Source of the DNA: Moniliella sp. 'wahieum'
Lineage: Eukaryota
Assembly: GCA_003971905.1 (NCBI GenBank)
Contig: RSEE01000005.1
Span: 682,001 to 746,000 of the forward strand
Direction: 5' to 3'
DNA: 64,000 bases
In this document: positions 1 to 12,556 of the stretch, piece by piece
Layout of the letters: each line of letters opens with the position of its first letter
Numbering within the stretch: position 1 is the first letter of the stretch
Made by a program: the position numbers and the translations under genes
Notes under the pieces: generated by a model
What the model saw: the letters and a program-made list of their open reading frames with translations, nothing else
Databases searched by the model: none
What the model was told of the DNA's origin: nothing

Positions 1-99
1 CAGCGCTCGCACGTGGGCCGCCCAAAAGCGCCCAGCGCTGCTCTCCGCTCCGCAATAAGGTACTAGTTGCTGTAATAGGCCCTAGGCAAGATGATAAAT

Positions 100-141
100 T
101 GCATGATGCATGATGCATGATGCATGATGCATGATGCATGA
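100..141. repeat. (TGCATGA)6 palindromic heptamer array
   Basis: Six perfect TGCATGA copies; the phased unit is the palindrome ATGCAT plus G. Confidence 0.95.
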
Positions 142-1383
142 TAGGCTCCCTCTGCCCGAACCCGGAGCATGTGACTGGCCGGATGCCGGTGCCAGCGACC
201 AGGGTCTTCCGCCCGGCATCTGGCTCGGCAAGGGGTCCACACCGCACACCGAAGCCCTGCCGAAACTTGCCGATGCGGGCTACCACGGGCCACTGCACGG
301 GGGGGCAGTCAGTGCGCTTGGCGCCAGGCTGCGCAGCAGCGCTGAGCGCACGCAGCTTGGCGTTCCATTATCGCCTGCTTTTCATGCTTGGGCCGAGGCC
401 GAGCGCTGAGCAGGGGGCTCTCTTGCGAACAGCCCATGCGGCTGCGCAAGGCTGTGCGCACCGAGGGCCACAGCGCGAGGCAGGCGCAGAGGTCCACCGT
501 CGATCCTGTCATGGTCTTTCTCCTACAGCAGGTGGCTTCTGCCCAACAGGGGCACCTGCCAGACGCAGATAGCATGGGCAAGAGCATGGGGAGCGAAGTG
601 GCAAGGAAGGGAAGGGAGGAGAGAAGCGCGAGCGGCGCGACAGGGAAGCAGCAAGCAATTTCCGCGGGGGAAGAGGGTGCGCGGGTGTGCGTGCGGTTGG
701 ACATGGGATGGGCCTGCGAGTGGCTGCTGGTTGTGACGTGACGTGTGACGCCCACGCATGAGTACCACGGATAGAGTACCTGAATGGGGTGAGCGTGAGC
801 ACGGGCGCTGGGCACTGCGGCGCGGAGGCAGACGAGGGCAGGCACGCAGGAGCAGGATGCCGAGGCAGGCTGCTGGCATCCCAGACAAGGGGAGCTGCGA
901 GCGCCTGGTATGTGGGGGCGGAGCGCAGACGCTGCTAGGGACGGGGGCCGGCGAAGGCTTGGCGTGGCGCCGAACAGGTGGTGGCATGCGGGAGCTCGGC
1001 AGCGCCTGTGTTGCTCTGGTGGGTGCTAGTAGCATGCCGCCGCAGCCGTCCGAGCCCACGGGCACTGCGGCACCAGCCCACACTCGGCCACTGGCGCCCG
1101 CTCGCTTGCTCGACGCTCGAGCGCACGCTGCGGCACTGCGCAGCTGGCCTCGGCGCCCAGCCGGCAGGGCTGCTACTCGGCAGTACACTGTACAGCAAGC
1201 ACGCCAACCCAGCCCGCGGCTTCGGACGAGCGCTGCCGTCTCTGTCGTGTGCCTGGCCACAGGGCTGGGGTAGCAGGAATGGCCTCCCATGCCACTACCC
1301 TCTCCCGCTCCCTCCCCCTCCACCCCCCAGCACCACCAGCACCACCACCACCCGCCCGTCTTCTCTCCCTCTCCTTCCCTCGC

Positions 1384-3364
1384 ATGTCAGTCACCCGGGC
1401 ACAATGGACCAGCCAATTAGACCAGGCCCTGGTCGAGGCCTTTGCACAAAACACCCCTCTGTCCCAGTCGGTCCTCCTCGGGCCGCAACAGCTTTTGGCC
1501 CGCCGTGGCCCGGGCCATGCCACTGCCCATCCCCGCCAACCACGAGGACGAGCGGGAGCTGTGCGATTCGCTCCGGCATCGACTCAAGCGTCTGCGTCAA
1601 TACGCCGCTCAAATCCATCGTCTCCTCACTCACCCAGCCCAGCTCTTTGTCTGGGACCCCGTCTCCTTCAAGGTTCTCCCTTCCCCCAGCACCCCCACTG
1701 GGCCATCGGATGACACAGCCTGGGCCTGCATCGGCAATGCGACACTGCGCCATCGTCTGCGCCATTCCACCTTCCCCTGGTACCCACGCCTGGTGTTACT
1801 GCTGGATGACGAGGATCGTCGCACAGCACCCTCGCTTTGTCTCTCTCTTCCTTCCTCCGTATCCACCGAGGTAGGGAGCGAGCCATCGGCTCCCAGCTCG
1901 CTGGCTGCCGTTATTGCCTCGCCTGAAGCTTCGAGCTCAGCGCAGAGGGGGCGTAAACGCCGTGCCACCACCGCCTCCTCCTCCGCCTCCTTGTCCTCGA
2001 CTGACGACCTGTCCACACTGTTGATGAAAAGCAGGCCGATCTAGCCTTGTTGCCCAAGAAGCGTGCCGGCACCACGGACGGATCTCCTGCTGTTGAAAGG
2101 CACAGACTCAACAGTCCGGTGGGCAAACGAGCATGGACAACCGAGAGGGATGTGATGTTGGTCGAATGTTATATGGATAGTTTGGCCTCGGCCCCATCGG
2201 ATTCCTCGACCTCTGGCCCGGCGCCTGGGATTCGAAGGACGAGCAGTGTGTGGCGGGGGATTGTGCGAAAAGTGTTTGGGCCCTTGTTTGAGGCAGGCGA
2301 GGAGCGTGAAGCGGGGGATTCGGCACGGCATCGGCTCAAGAAACTGAAAGGCTATGCGGCGCAAATTCATCAGCTGCTCAAGACGACCGACCAACTCTTT
2401 GTTTGGGACTCGACCAATGCCTGCCTTCGGGTCAATACGGCGTTGGGCCACGACGAGGAGGCCACCTGGGCCAAGATTCGCAACCCCCAAGTACGCAATC
2501 GTTTGATGCGAGCTCATTATCCTTGGTTTCCACGCATCCGCATCGCCGAGTCCGACTTGCCCAGCACCTTTTACACCACCACCTTGGCGCTCACCTATTT
2601 TCAAGGTTCGCCTAGGTCACCGGTCCAAGCACAGTCTCTTCATCCACCCCGGCCCCTGCTAGGGTATCCCTCCCTCCCCTCTCCTCCCCCCTCCACCACG
2701 GACACTACAGGGGCAGACCCAGTACCCATTCGCTTATTCTGCTCGTCAGTATCCATCGTATGAGGTCCCCCCTTCATATCGTTTGCCCCTTGGCCCAGCA
2801 CATACACCGTACTTTGTTCGAGAGGAGCCTGCTTCCACAACCTGGTCCGGGGCTCGTCTGCCCCCTCTCGCGCGGAGGGACGGGCCGAGCAAGAGCTTGA
2901 CAGATCCTGCTCACCATACTGTCCTGCCCTCCCTGCGTGGCCCTCGTCGTAGCCATCCTGCTCTGCCTGCCTTGACCTGGACCGGTGCCCACCTTCTGCC
3001 GCTCGCCCATTCCGACAGACCCGTACCCTCCCACCGCTTCCTACCTTAAGAAAGCACCTTCGCCCCCGCCCTACCACTTTTCCCTTCGCCTCCCCTCCCT
3101 GACGTCCTCGCCGGAACCCGGTTTGGGAAGCGTGACGAGCAGCAGCCACATCATCCTCTCCGACATGGAACGCGGCCTGTGTGGGCCGCATCCCAGGCCA
3201 CCACTTACCTCGTGGGCCTGACCAAGCTCACCTCGGCGCAGCGGGAACTGTTTGAATCCGTTCGCCGATTCGATCCGGCCTCCTCGCTGGCCGACAGGGA
3301 AGGCGAGCGCAGGCGGGCGGAACGGGCGTATGCGTTGTTGGGCCAGCTCATACCACGTCCCTAG
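1384..3364 (+). CDS. Protein with two tandem Myb/SANT-like (Myb_DNA-bind_3-type) domains; frameshifted, internal structure uncertain
   Basis: Joined ORFs 1249-1713, 1442-2044, 2047-2763 and 3179-3364. Repeat 1: QWTSQLDQALVEAF...FWPAVARAM...LRHRLKRLRQYAAQIHRLL..QLFVWD...W...FPWYPRL. Repeat 2: AWTTERDVMLVECY...VWRGIVRKV...ARHRLKKLKGYAAQIHQLL..QLFVWD...W...YPWFPRI. Could be two adjacent genes. Confidence 0.6.
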
Positions 3365-3568
3365 CCCTCCTGCCTGGCATGCGTGCCATTTTGACTGTCC
3401 CCTCGCTCGCGCTCGCTCTTTCCCACCTTGCGGGGGCTGCCACAGCTCGGGATGTGCTACGTTGTTGTATCTATATTTCTATGGATCGGCTGATATGTGA
3501 TAGACCGCGGACAGCAGATAGGAGGGGTGCCTGTCCCGAGGTGGGAGGCGGGGCGGATGGATTTCTTG

Positions 3569-4089
3569 TTACGGGCTGGCAGGCCTACCTTCAGGATGAA
3601 GGTTGACAACAATGTTGCCCATGGTGGATTGGGAGTAGGGGCAAATGCCCTCGGCCATCTGCATCAGTTTCCCCACCGCCTGCTTGTCCGGCTCGGAGGT
3701 CAAGGCGTAAATGTCAGCGGCAAAGCCAAACAGTTTGCCCGTGTCGGGCGGGCCGACGTGCACCTCCACCTCAATCGCCAAATCGGGGGGGACAACGAGC
3801 TTGTGTTGCCGCGCGCCGAGCTGGAGCGAGGAGAAAAAGCACGCGCTCCAGCCGGCGGCCATCAACTGCTCGGGGTTCACCCCGCTCTGCATGCATGGCC
3901 CGGCACGCCCAGCTTGAGCTCCAGCCCGGCCTCGGGCACCCGCACGTGGCCCGCGCGGGCAAGACCGGCCGAGGTGCCGGTGGCGGTGTACTTGATGCTG
4001 GTCAGGTGAGCCACGGCGCGCCGCGGCGGGGCGGCAGACAGTGCGCGCGGCAGAGAAAGGATGCGCGCGGCGGGGGCACGGAGCAGCAT
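3569..4089 (-). CDS. ohr: Ohr (organic hydroperoxide resistance, OsmC/Ohr family) peroxidase with predicted mitochondrial presequence; one frameshift near 3895
   Basis: KYTATGTSAGLARAGHV (catalytic Arg region), NPEQLMAAGWSACF (Glu and peroxidatic Cys), CPYS (resolving Cys). N-terminus MLLRAPAARILSLPRALSAAPPRR is Arg-rich with no acidic residues. Confidence 0.9.
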
Positions 4090-4398
4090 GGCGGTGGGGG
4101 GGACTATCTATATCCATGACGTGCGGTTGGGGCTTGAGGTCGCATCACGTGACGCATGAAATGGCCCGGGGGAGTGGGTGGGGCGGTGGCACGTGACGGG
4201 GGCGGTGGCGCGCGAGAGGCAAGGCGGACGGGCGGAACGGGGCGGCGGAATGGGCGCGGCGCTCCGTATTCAGACGCGGGCGGAGTACTGACTAGGGCGG
4301 CCGCCTGGCTGCACCACCTGGCCCAGGGCGCCCCCAGAAGCAGAAGCGTGCGCCACCAGTCTTCGCCTGCGGCCGACGCCCCCCCCGCCCCCTCCGCC

Positions 4399-7172
4399 AT
4401 GGCCTCCTTCTTCAGCCAGGTCTCGTCCTTCATCGGCCGCACCAACATCTCCTCCAAACACCATCGACGACCACTCTGCGCCCGCCATCGTCGGCCTCTG
4501 GAAGGTGTACCGCGGCACCCGCTCCTCCTCTGCCAGCGTCGCTGCTGCTGCTGCTGCCTCGCCTGTCGCCCGCCGCGACGCCAGCATCTGGGTCCACCGC
4601 TTCGACAGCTCCCGAGGGCGCGACAAGAGCGCCATCGTCGCCCAGGCACGCAAGGAAGCCAGTGCGCTCGCGCGCTTGCGCCACCCCTGTGTGCTGGAAG
4701 TGATTGAACCGCTGGAGGAAACACGCGCCGAGCTGACGTTTGCGACCGAGCCCATTGTAGCGCCCCTGCGCGATGCCCTGGCGCACGACCACCGCGCCGA
4801 CGTCCAACTGGACGAGGTGGAAGTCCAAAAGGGCCTCCTCACCGTCGCGCGCGCGCTTGACTTTCTCCACCAGGCCAACATGGTCCATGGCAACCTGACC
4901 CCCGATGCCGTGCTGATCAATGCCAAGGGCGACTGGAAACTGGCTGGGTTTGGATTTTTGACACCGCTCCAGCAACCGGACGGGTCCGCCACGCCTTGGT
5001 CCTTCCCCGAATACGATGCTTCCCTCCCCTCGGCGCTGAGCCGGGATTGGGATTACCTGGCGCCCGAGTATGCGCTGGACGCAGCAACTGCTGCCGGCCA
5101 ACGACCTCTACTCTCTGGGCTGCATGGTGTACGCAGCCAATTCCAAGGGGGAGCCGCCGTTCCGAAATGGGCATTCGGCCATCACGCTCCGGCAGCACGC
5201 CGATGCCATCACGGCCCAGCTTCATTCCACTGCCTGGTCTCGCCTGGGCCGGGATTTGATCGATCTGCTGGCCGGGCTGCTGACACGGTATCCAGGCAGT
5301 CGCTTGACCGCCGCGCAGTTCCAAGCCAGCAACTACTTCAACAACCTCCTCGTGTCCACACTCAAGTTTATGGAACGCGACTCGTTTGCCGGGCGGCAAA
5401 AAGAGGAGCGAGTGTCGTTTCTCAAGGGGTTGCTTAAGGTGCTCCCACAATTCTCCGATCGCTTGCTCCGACGAAAAGTGATGCCGGCGCTGTTGGAGTT
5501 AATGTCAGACCGATCTCTTTTGCCCTTTGTCTTGCCCAACATCTTTTTATTAGCAAGAACCTGTCCCTCATTGAGTTCCAGACCAACGTTCTCCCCAAGC
5601 TCGAACCCCTCTTTGTTCTTGCCGACCCGCCGCAAAACCAACGTACGTGCTCCTCTTTTTTTCTTTCCCCTCCCGCCCCCTACTCCCTTCACTTTCCATC
5701 TTTCTTTGGCCCCTTTCTGTATACTAAGCCCACACATCCATCTCGCCCTTTTTCCCTTTAGTTTTGCTGATCGACGAGATTGATCTTTTTGTGGCCAAGA
5801 CCAGCCCGGAAGCGTTCCGGACGAACGTGACGCCGCTCCTGTACGCCGGTTTGGAAAACGAGAGCGCGACGGTGCAAGAGCGTGCACTGTCGGTGCTACC
5901 GCGGTTGTTGGAAGTACTTGGGTTTGCCCATGTCAAGGACACACTCCTTCCTCGCGTTGCCCAACTCTTTTCCCGCACCAAAGTGCTCAGTGTCAAATGC
6001 AAAACCTTGGTCGCGTTCCATGCGATGGTTGATACCCTGGACCGATACACACTCACCGAGAAGCTCGTCCCGCTCCTGGCGCGCATCAAGACCAAGGAGC
6101 CGTCGGTGATGATGACCTCGTTGACGGTTTATGTCGCGATGGCAGCCAAGGTCGATCGGGAGACGCTGGGCGCAGCGGTGCTGCCCCAACTGTGGATGAT
6201 GGCCATGACGCCCTTGCTGAGTGCCGACCAGTTTACCGAGTTTATGACTGCGATCCAGGAGATGGGCGAGCGGGTCCGTCGCGAGCAACTCGCCCATCTG
6301 CGCGACATGAAACGCATGCAGGACCATACCGAGAGTTACGTTGCAGGCGGAACAGCGGGCGCGCCCAGCGCACCGAGCGGCGGCGAGGTGGACTTTGCCA
6401 CCTTGGTCGGCTCGGGCGGGAGTGGGGGGACGAGCTCCGAGCCGCTCGATGGCTTGTCCGCCCGCGCCCCAGCTACCATCACCCCGACCCTCACCCGACC
6501 CTCACCCCGTCCCACACGGGATCCCCCGCGTTCTTGACCCCCATCGTGACGGGTACCAGCACGGGGGGGATCATCGGCGGCGCCTCTCCCAGCGTTGGTT
6601 CGGGGATCAACTCGTTTACGCCTCCCTTGGCTCCCTCGGCGCCCCCCGCACGCGCTCGGGCCGCCGCCCCTCCCACCCAGCGCCCGGTGCGTATGCAGTC
6701 CACGACGTCTAGCAACGCCCCGCTCCTGCTCCTGCTTCTGCTCTGCTACTGCGGCGTCCCTTTTCCTCGCTTCGCAGCACCCTTCCACCCTTCGCCCCTT
6801 GGCTCGCCCTCGCCAGCCCCCTTGTCCGGCACGCTGTCCGTAGCAGGGATGGGCGCGTCGTTGCCTCCCCTCACACCTACCACCAGCTCGCTGGGGCCGC
6901 TATCCTCGGCGTTTTCTACGCCCGTACCGCCCTCGAGCTCTGCGTCGGGCATGGCGAGCATGGGCATGGGCATGGGCATGGGCACGGGAAGGGGAACGGG
7001 AACGGGAACGGGTATGAGTATGGGCATGCTCGCTCCCTCCCCGCCGCCGGCCCAGCACGCCTCGCGCGCCAGCTCGCCCGCCTGGTCCGGGGGCGTCTTG
7101 ACGCCTTCCAAGCCGCCCCAGCCTTCCCGCCCGCGAGCCAATGCGTGGGCGGACTTTGATCCGCTCAAGTGA
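4399..7172 (+). CDS. SCY1: SCY1/SCYL2-like pseudokinase with HEAT region and low-complexity tail
   Basis: KEASALARLRHPCVLEVIEPLEE, FATEP, VHGNLTPDAVLINAKGDWKLAGFGF, DYLAPEY, EKLVPLLARIKTKEPSVMM, C-terminal WADFDPLK. Intron 5643-5761 (GTACGT..ACTAAG..TAG). Several frameshifts. Confidence 0.9.
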
Positions 7173-7177
7173 ACTGA

Positions 7178-7240
7178 GGACGGCGGACGGCGGACGGCGG
7201 ACGGCGGACGGCGGACGGCGGACGGCGGACGGAGGACGGA
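7178..7240. repeat. (GGACGGC)7 heptamer plus two GGACGGA variants, just after the SCY1 stop
   Basis: Read directly; followed by degenerate AACGAGG-type heptamers to about 7285. Confidence 0.9.
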
Positions 7241-8006
7241 ACAACGAGGAACGAGGAACAGGGAAGGAGGAACGAGGAAAGGAACATGGGCCTGGTTGCG
7301 GTGCGGTGCGCTGGTACGGTCCTACCGTCCTGGTTTGGCCTCCGTCGGCCGAGGTACAAGTAGATGTAGGTGCTTGGAAACCGGCAGAGCGGCGGGGGGG
7401 CAAGGTGCGAGAAGGAGCCAGGCCAAGGCCAAGGGCCTAATCGCCAGGGCAGCACAGCCCAGCACAACGCCAAATGCCAACGTACATGACCGGCACGCTA
7501 GCCTTTGCACTGCTAGAATCGGAGGCGGCGAGGGTGGGACGCCAATGCAAACGTCACCGCGACCGCGACCGCGAATGCCGACTAGCGCCTAGAAAGGAGA
7601 TGCCCGCCGGCCTCATGGCCTCTGGTCCTGGCGCCCCGCGTGGCGTCCTAAGGCTCAAGGTCGCTCAAGATCCAAGATTCAAGGGGGGTAAGGAACTATT
7701 GAACGTTGACCTATCCAACCAGCCACTTGCGTCGCCGCGCTACAGCGCTCGGGCACAAGGTGCATCAAGTAGGATCTAGCATCCGTCGCGTCCTCGGCGC
7801 CCTGCGGACGTCACGGGCGTCGGGGAGCTGAGGTATACTGAGTAGGCTAGGAGGCTAGGAGGCTAGGAGGCTATGGGGCTATGGGGCTATGCGACCACTC
7901 CTCTCCCCTCGCGCCTGCGCAACGCAACGCAACCATAGACGTGGCAGTGGCACACAGACACGAAGCTCCGAGGCGAGGGGGGGGAGGTGAATTTGCCACG
8001 GCAAAA

Positions 8007-8041
8007 CAAGGCAAGGCAAGGCAAGGCAAGGCAAGACAAGG
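8007..8041. repeat. (CAAGG)n pentanucleotide microsatellite
   Basis: caaggcaaggcaaggcaaggcaaggcaagacaagg. Confidence 0.85.
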
Positions 8042-8614
8042 TAAGGTGGTAAGGTACCTGGTACATGGTACAGTGGTACAGAGGCCAAGGGTGGCCGGTG
8101 GCATGGCCATGGCCATGGGCATACCAACCCAACCAAACAAAAAATGGTCCAAAAAGGGCAGAAAAACAAGCTGAATGGGCAAGGGGGCGCGAGGGAGCGG
8201 CGCAAAACGGTAGCAGTGCCGTTCAGGGTCAGTAGGGAGCGGTGGTGAGAGTGAGAGTGAGAGCGAGAGCGCGAGTGAGAGTGAGGAACGAGGATGAAGA
8301 GCGAGAGAGAGACTGAGAGCACGGGTGGGAGCGGGAGCGGCAGGGGGGGGAGAGGATGCTCGATGATGAGAGCCGGGACAAGGTCCAGTTCAGGGCAGCT
8401 AGGCCGACGTGGGACATGGCGAGACGTAGGAGGTAGGACGAGACAGGGGATGAGGGTCCTAGGGGTTTGGTGAGCATCGGCCCAGCGCCTCCTTGCTCTT
8501 CCCTTTCCCTTGTCATTCCGCCAGCCAACGAACGAGAGCATAGGGGGCAGCAGTGGGAACTCTAGGAGAGCGCGCGCGCGCGATAACGAGAGAGGGGAGA
8601 GAGAAAAAGAGAGA

Positions 8615-10868
8615 TCATTGTGCCATACCGTACCCGACGGGAATAGGGCTTGGGAACAGATTTGGCCCGGGGGGAGCGGGAGGCGCGGCAGTGGGGTAGC
8701 CTGCGCCGGCGGGCGGCCCGGCCGATAAGGGGAACGGGTTGGTGGGGGGTCCAGTGGGTGACGGGGCCGGGGGCTGGGGCTGGGGGGGCAGGTGCGCCGG
8801 TCCTACGCCGTTGGACGAGGGCAAGGAGTAGGAGCCCAGTGGCGAGGGGCTCGGGTGGAGGAAAGGGTTGGTGGACTGCCGCCAGTGTGGGTGGGTACCA
8901 ATGGCGCAGGGGCGAGGGGGGCGCTGGGGCTCATGCCAGGCCAAGCACTCGTCTTGCTCAAAGGAAGGGCGGCGAAACACTTGTCCTCATCGGAGACAGG
9001 ACCGGCGAAACGTTCATCCCCATGGCAGGCACCACAGGTGAAGCACTGTTCCCCGTAGGTGTGCCCCCCAGTGACCCATTGGCCCCCATAGCAAATGGAT
9101 TGAGCGAACCACGCCGCAGGTCGGGAGCCGGAGCCGGAGTAAAGCCCATGCTGGATTGGGTCGAACCGGCGGGCACGGCCAAGCCAGTCGTTCCGAGTGG
9201 CTGGACCGCGTGCCCGCCGCACTGACCGAACGTGGGCCGGCGCCAAAATACGAATTGCCGCTCTGTTGCGGCACAAGCGGGGCCGAGGTAGGTGTCGAAG
9301 GCGGGGGCGGCTGGGCCTCCAGCGCATCGAAAAACGATGTGACTGGGTCAGTGGCGGGAGCAGAGACGGGCGCGGGGACGGGGGCGGGGGGCGGTGCTGC
9401 GGTAGAGCCCGTACCAAACGGAACAAACGTCGGCAGAGAAGAAGGTTTGCCGTACCCCAAATTAGCCGAGCCGGGACCCGATGAGATGCCTGGACCTGAA
9501 GAGGGAATACCTGGCCCAGATCGGAGGGCGAGACCATGGGATGCGGCCGGTGGAGCGTTGACAGCAGCAAGGGCGGGTGCCGTGGTCTGGGTAGACCGTA
9601 GGCTAGAGGCGGCCGACGCTGACACGGTGCGTGCCCTTGCTTGCGTCGGTGCCTCGAGGCTGGTGAACACTGGCGCGTTCGAAGAGAAGCGGTGGAGGTG
9701 GGGTAACACTGCGGAACGAGACACTGTGGGGGGAAGGAGAGACGAGGGAGCGAGAACGGCGCTTCTGCCCGGGTGACACGCTTCCAACGGAAACGGGACC
9801 CAGGCCAGGACTCATGCGGGGGCTAGGGCGGGTGGCAGAGACGGAAGAGGAAGTAGATGGGAAGGTGGTCGCATGCGGCGAGGGAGGCAAGCGGGCAGAA
9901 GAACTGCGTCTTTCGTCGTCCCTGTTGGCGATGAATGTGGCCCTGCGCACCGCCTTGGCCGAGGCCGAAAGCGAGAGTCGTTTTCTCAACGAAGGAGTTG
10001 ACCTTCCCGACTCTGGCATGCCAGCGCGGTCGTACGAAGACGTAGAGGGAAGAGTGGGGATCATTTCGGCCTGATACGGCTCGAGGATTTCCATGTCGCC
10101 CGGATCGTCATGTGCGTCCCATGCCTTTCCGCGCGCCTTGGCTGATTGGCGTGCCTTCATGTTGCGGGAGGGTGGACTTGGACCGTTTTGGCGCCAGAGG
10201 GTCGTCGGGGGGAGGGCGCCAGGCCCACGACCGCCTCGGATCCAGTTCCAGTTCGCTCTCGGATTCTTCTTCGGGCTGGGGCCGGGAGGCGTGGGAGCCG
10301 GCAGGGTGGGTGGGGTCCGAGTCGAGCGTGGAATGGATTGCCTTGGTCACCACGTCGTCCTGATGGGCCAAGAAGGACTTGAGAGCGACATCGGCCTCGT
10401 GGATGCGTTTGTGCTGGGCTGGGTCGGGGGGCGGGAGGTTGGTGGCATAGGCTGGGGCCGACGAGCGCGCGTCCGGTCATGTCTTCAAGCAAACGCAGGT
10501 CCGCTTGTGACAGCTCTTCCAACGCAATCTCGACCATAGCGCCTGGACGGTGTGGAGGCGCAGCTTGCAGCCCCCGGCCAGTGAAGCCGACAAACTCGGC
10601 GTCGACACTGAACTGGCCAGTGCGATCGTGCCAGCTGTGGGTGTTGGTGGCCAAGGGCGGGCCCTTGGGTGGCTTGCGGTCGCGGTTGCGGCGGGGGGGT
10701 GATGTGGTGTGGGCGGGGGAGCCCGGCGGGGTGGCGAGTGGGCTCTGGGGGGAGGCAGGATGGTGGGGCAGGGGGGGCGGCGGGGGGCGTGGGCGTCGGA
10801 GAGGCGGAGGGGGTGGAGGGTGCTCTTTCGGCGGGGGGGGTGGAGATGGAGCGGAGGAGGGAGAACAT
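8615..10868 (-). CDS. SHD1 (Sla1 homology domain 1) protein with Pro/Ser-rich tail and NPF motifs; frameshifted
   Basis: HSWHDRTGQFSVDAEFVGF..KLRLH..VEIALEELSQADLRLLE matches the SHD1 pattern (W.DR.G.F.V.A.F). Tail frames contain LNPF and TNPF (twice). The start ATG at 10868 is a best guess. Confidence 0.65.
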
Positions 10869-11399
10869 GGGTGGTGGTGGGGGGGGGGGGGCGGCTGTGG
10901 CTGTGGTGGTGGTGGCGATGGCTGTGGCGGTGGTGGTGTGATGGGCGGGTGCTGCTGCTGGTGATGGTGGTGAAGAGGAGGGTGCCGGAGCAGGCAAAGG
11001 CGTGGCTGCGCAACGGCAGGCGTGGGAGAGCCCCCCACAGCTCCAACCCGCTCCAACCCAGCTCCCGAGCCGATGCGGTGGCCGCCAGCGTCACGCGTCA
11101 CGCGTCATGCATGCGCCATGCAATGCCTCCCTGCAGTGGGCTGACAGTGGCAGGGTGCTGCGCATGCAGCTGAGCTCAGCACCGCGCTGGGCTGCCACAC
11201 CCGCTTGCTCCACCAGCGCTTGCCCCCACATGCCCGCGCGCCGCCCCCGCCGCTCCACCGTCGGGCATGCCTGCCAGGGGCTGTCGCCTCCTGCCGCCCA
11301 CCCACGGCCGATCCCAGTAAGCTCTGCATTCAAGCATACACGCCCCCTCCCTTGCAACTTCACAGCTCCACCCTGCCCAACCCACCCGCACGACGGTGC

Positions 11400-11420
11400 G
11401 TACTGAGTACTGAGTACTGA
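11400..11420. repeat. (GTACTGA)3 palindromic heptamer array
   Basis: AGTACT palindrome plus G spacer. Confidence 0.85.
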
Positions 11421-11564
11421 CTAGACGGACTAGCATCCGCCGTAGCCCCCATCCCCACATACCTCGGCGAGAAGCGAAGCGCCTGTGCCGCTCTTGGTCA
11501 CCTACCCCGTTGGTCAGATGCATGCGCCATCGCCATCACCATCACTGGACCAGAGCATGAGGAC

Positions 11565-12556
11565 TCAGACCGAGTACTCAGCTGAGTGAATATCGATCGC
11601 ATTCCTGCCTGCTTCTTCCCTCCTGCATGGGTCAACCGCTACCCTCGCCCAGCCGGCGTCGGCGTCCCTTCTCGCCCCTTCAGCCGTTCCCCCGCGCTTG
11701 CCTCCTCCTCCTCGCTCTCGTCCCCATCCGCCTTGCCATCCAAATCCGAGCGGACCAGGTAGGCCAAACGTCCGCCGTCCTTCCTCCCGGTCCTGCCCAG
11801 GCCCTGCCATCAGCGGCGTCCGTCCCCCCGCGCCGCCTCGGCCCAGCGTAATTGTGCCGCCGAGAGCGCGGAGGTGCGAAAGGGAGCGAGGCGAGATGGG
11901 CGCCCGGTCGTACAAGGGACTGAGGCGATTTGTGGTGAGAACACATCGTCTTCGTCTTCACCCTCCTCTAGCCGCCCCTCTATCCCTCCACCTCGCTCGC
12001 CATGCGCGGGGCAACAGGAAGAGCACCGTGGACAGCCACGGGGATTCCTGTCGCACGGGCACTGGGTGAACCAGGCGGCGACGTGGGGGAAAGCGTCCTG
12101 GCACGCTCCTGGGCCCATCCGGCTCCAGGTCATGCTCTTCGCAAGCAGGGAAGGCCTGATCCCATGTACGTCTTCCTTGGCCAGCACGCGTTGCAAGCGC
12201 CGTATGCTGGTGCATTTCGACGGAGCATCCGACGTGCGCTGGGCCGAGCGGATTGTGCGGCGCGGGCCACGTGCGCTGCCGCCAGGGGGTCAGCGCTGCA
12301 GGGGCGTGCAAGGCTGCCCCCTTGGGGTGGGTGTCGGTGCTAGGACACGCATCGAGGCCCGAGCCCAAGGCGAGCGCAGATGGCCGTCGTGCTGACCAAA
12401 CGGGCGTGACGGGCGAGGAGCCGGCACCGAGGATACACGTAGCTGTTGACGTGGACCGGTCAGAGGGTGTGGAGAAGGTGAGATCGGAGGGCGTGGCGTA
12501 GGCGTGGGCGCTGGGGGAGGGTGGTTGAGCGGCGCGCGGAACGGAGTGGGGGCCAT
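11565..12556 (-). CDS. Hypothetical protein, frameshifted
   Basis: Overlapping minus-strand ORFs with coding-like GC content and a pyrimidine-rich leader before ATG 12556; no family recognised. Confidence 0.3.

Noticed and set aside
131..1323. Long overlapping ORFs at the window start
   Set aside because: GC-rich ORFs in several frames with no recognisable motif; likely chance ORFs.
10870..10970. Poly-His or poly-Pro protein N-terminus
   Set aside because: (CAC)n-type low-complexity tract upstream of the preferred ATG; more likely 5' leader, and the frame cannot be resolved.
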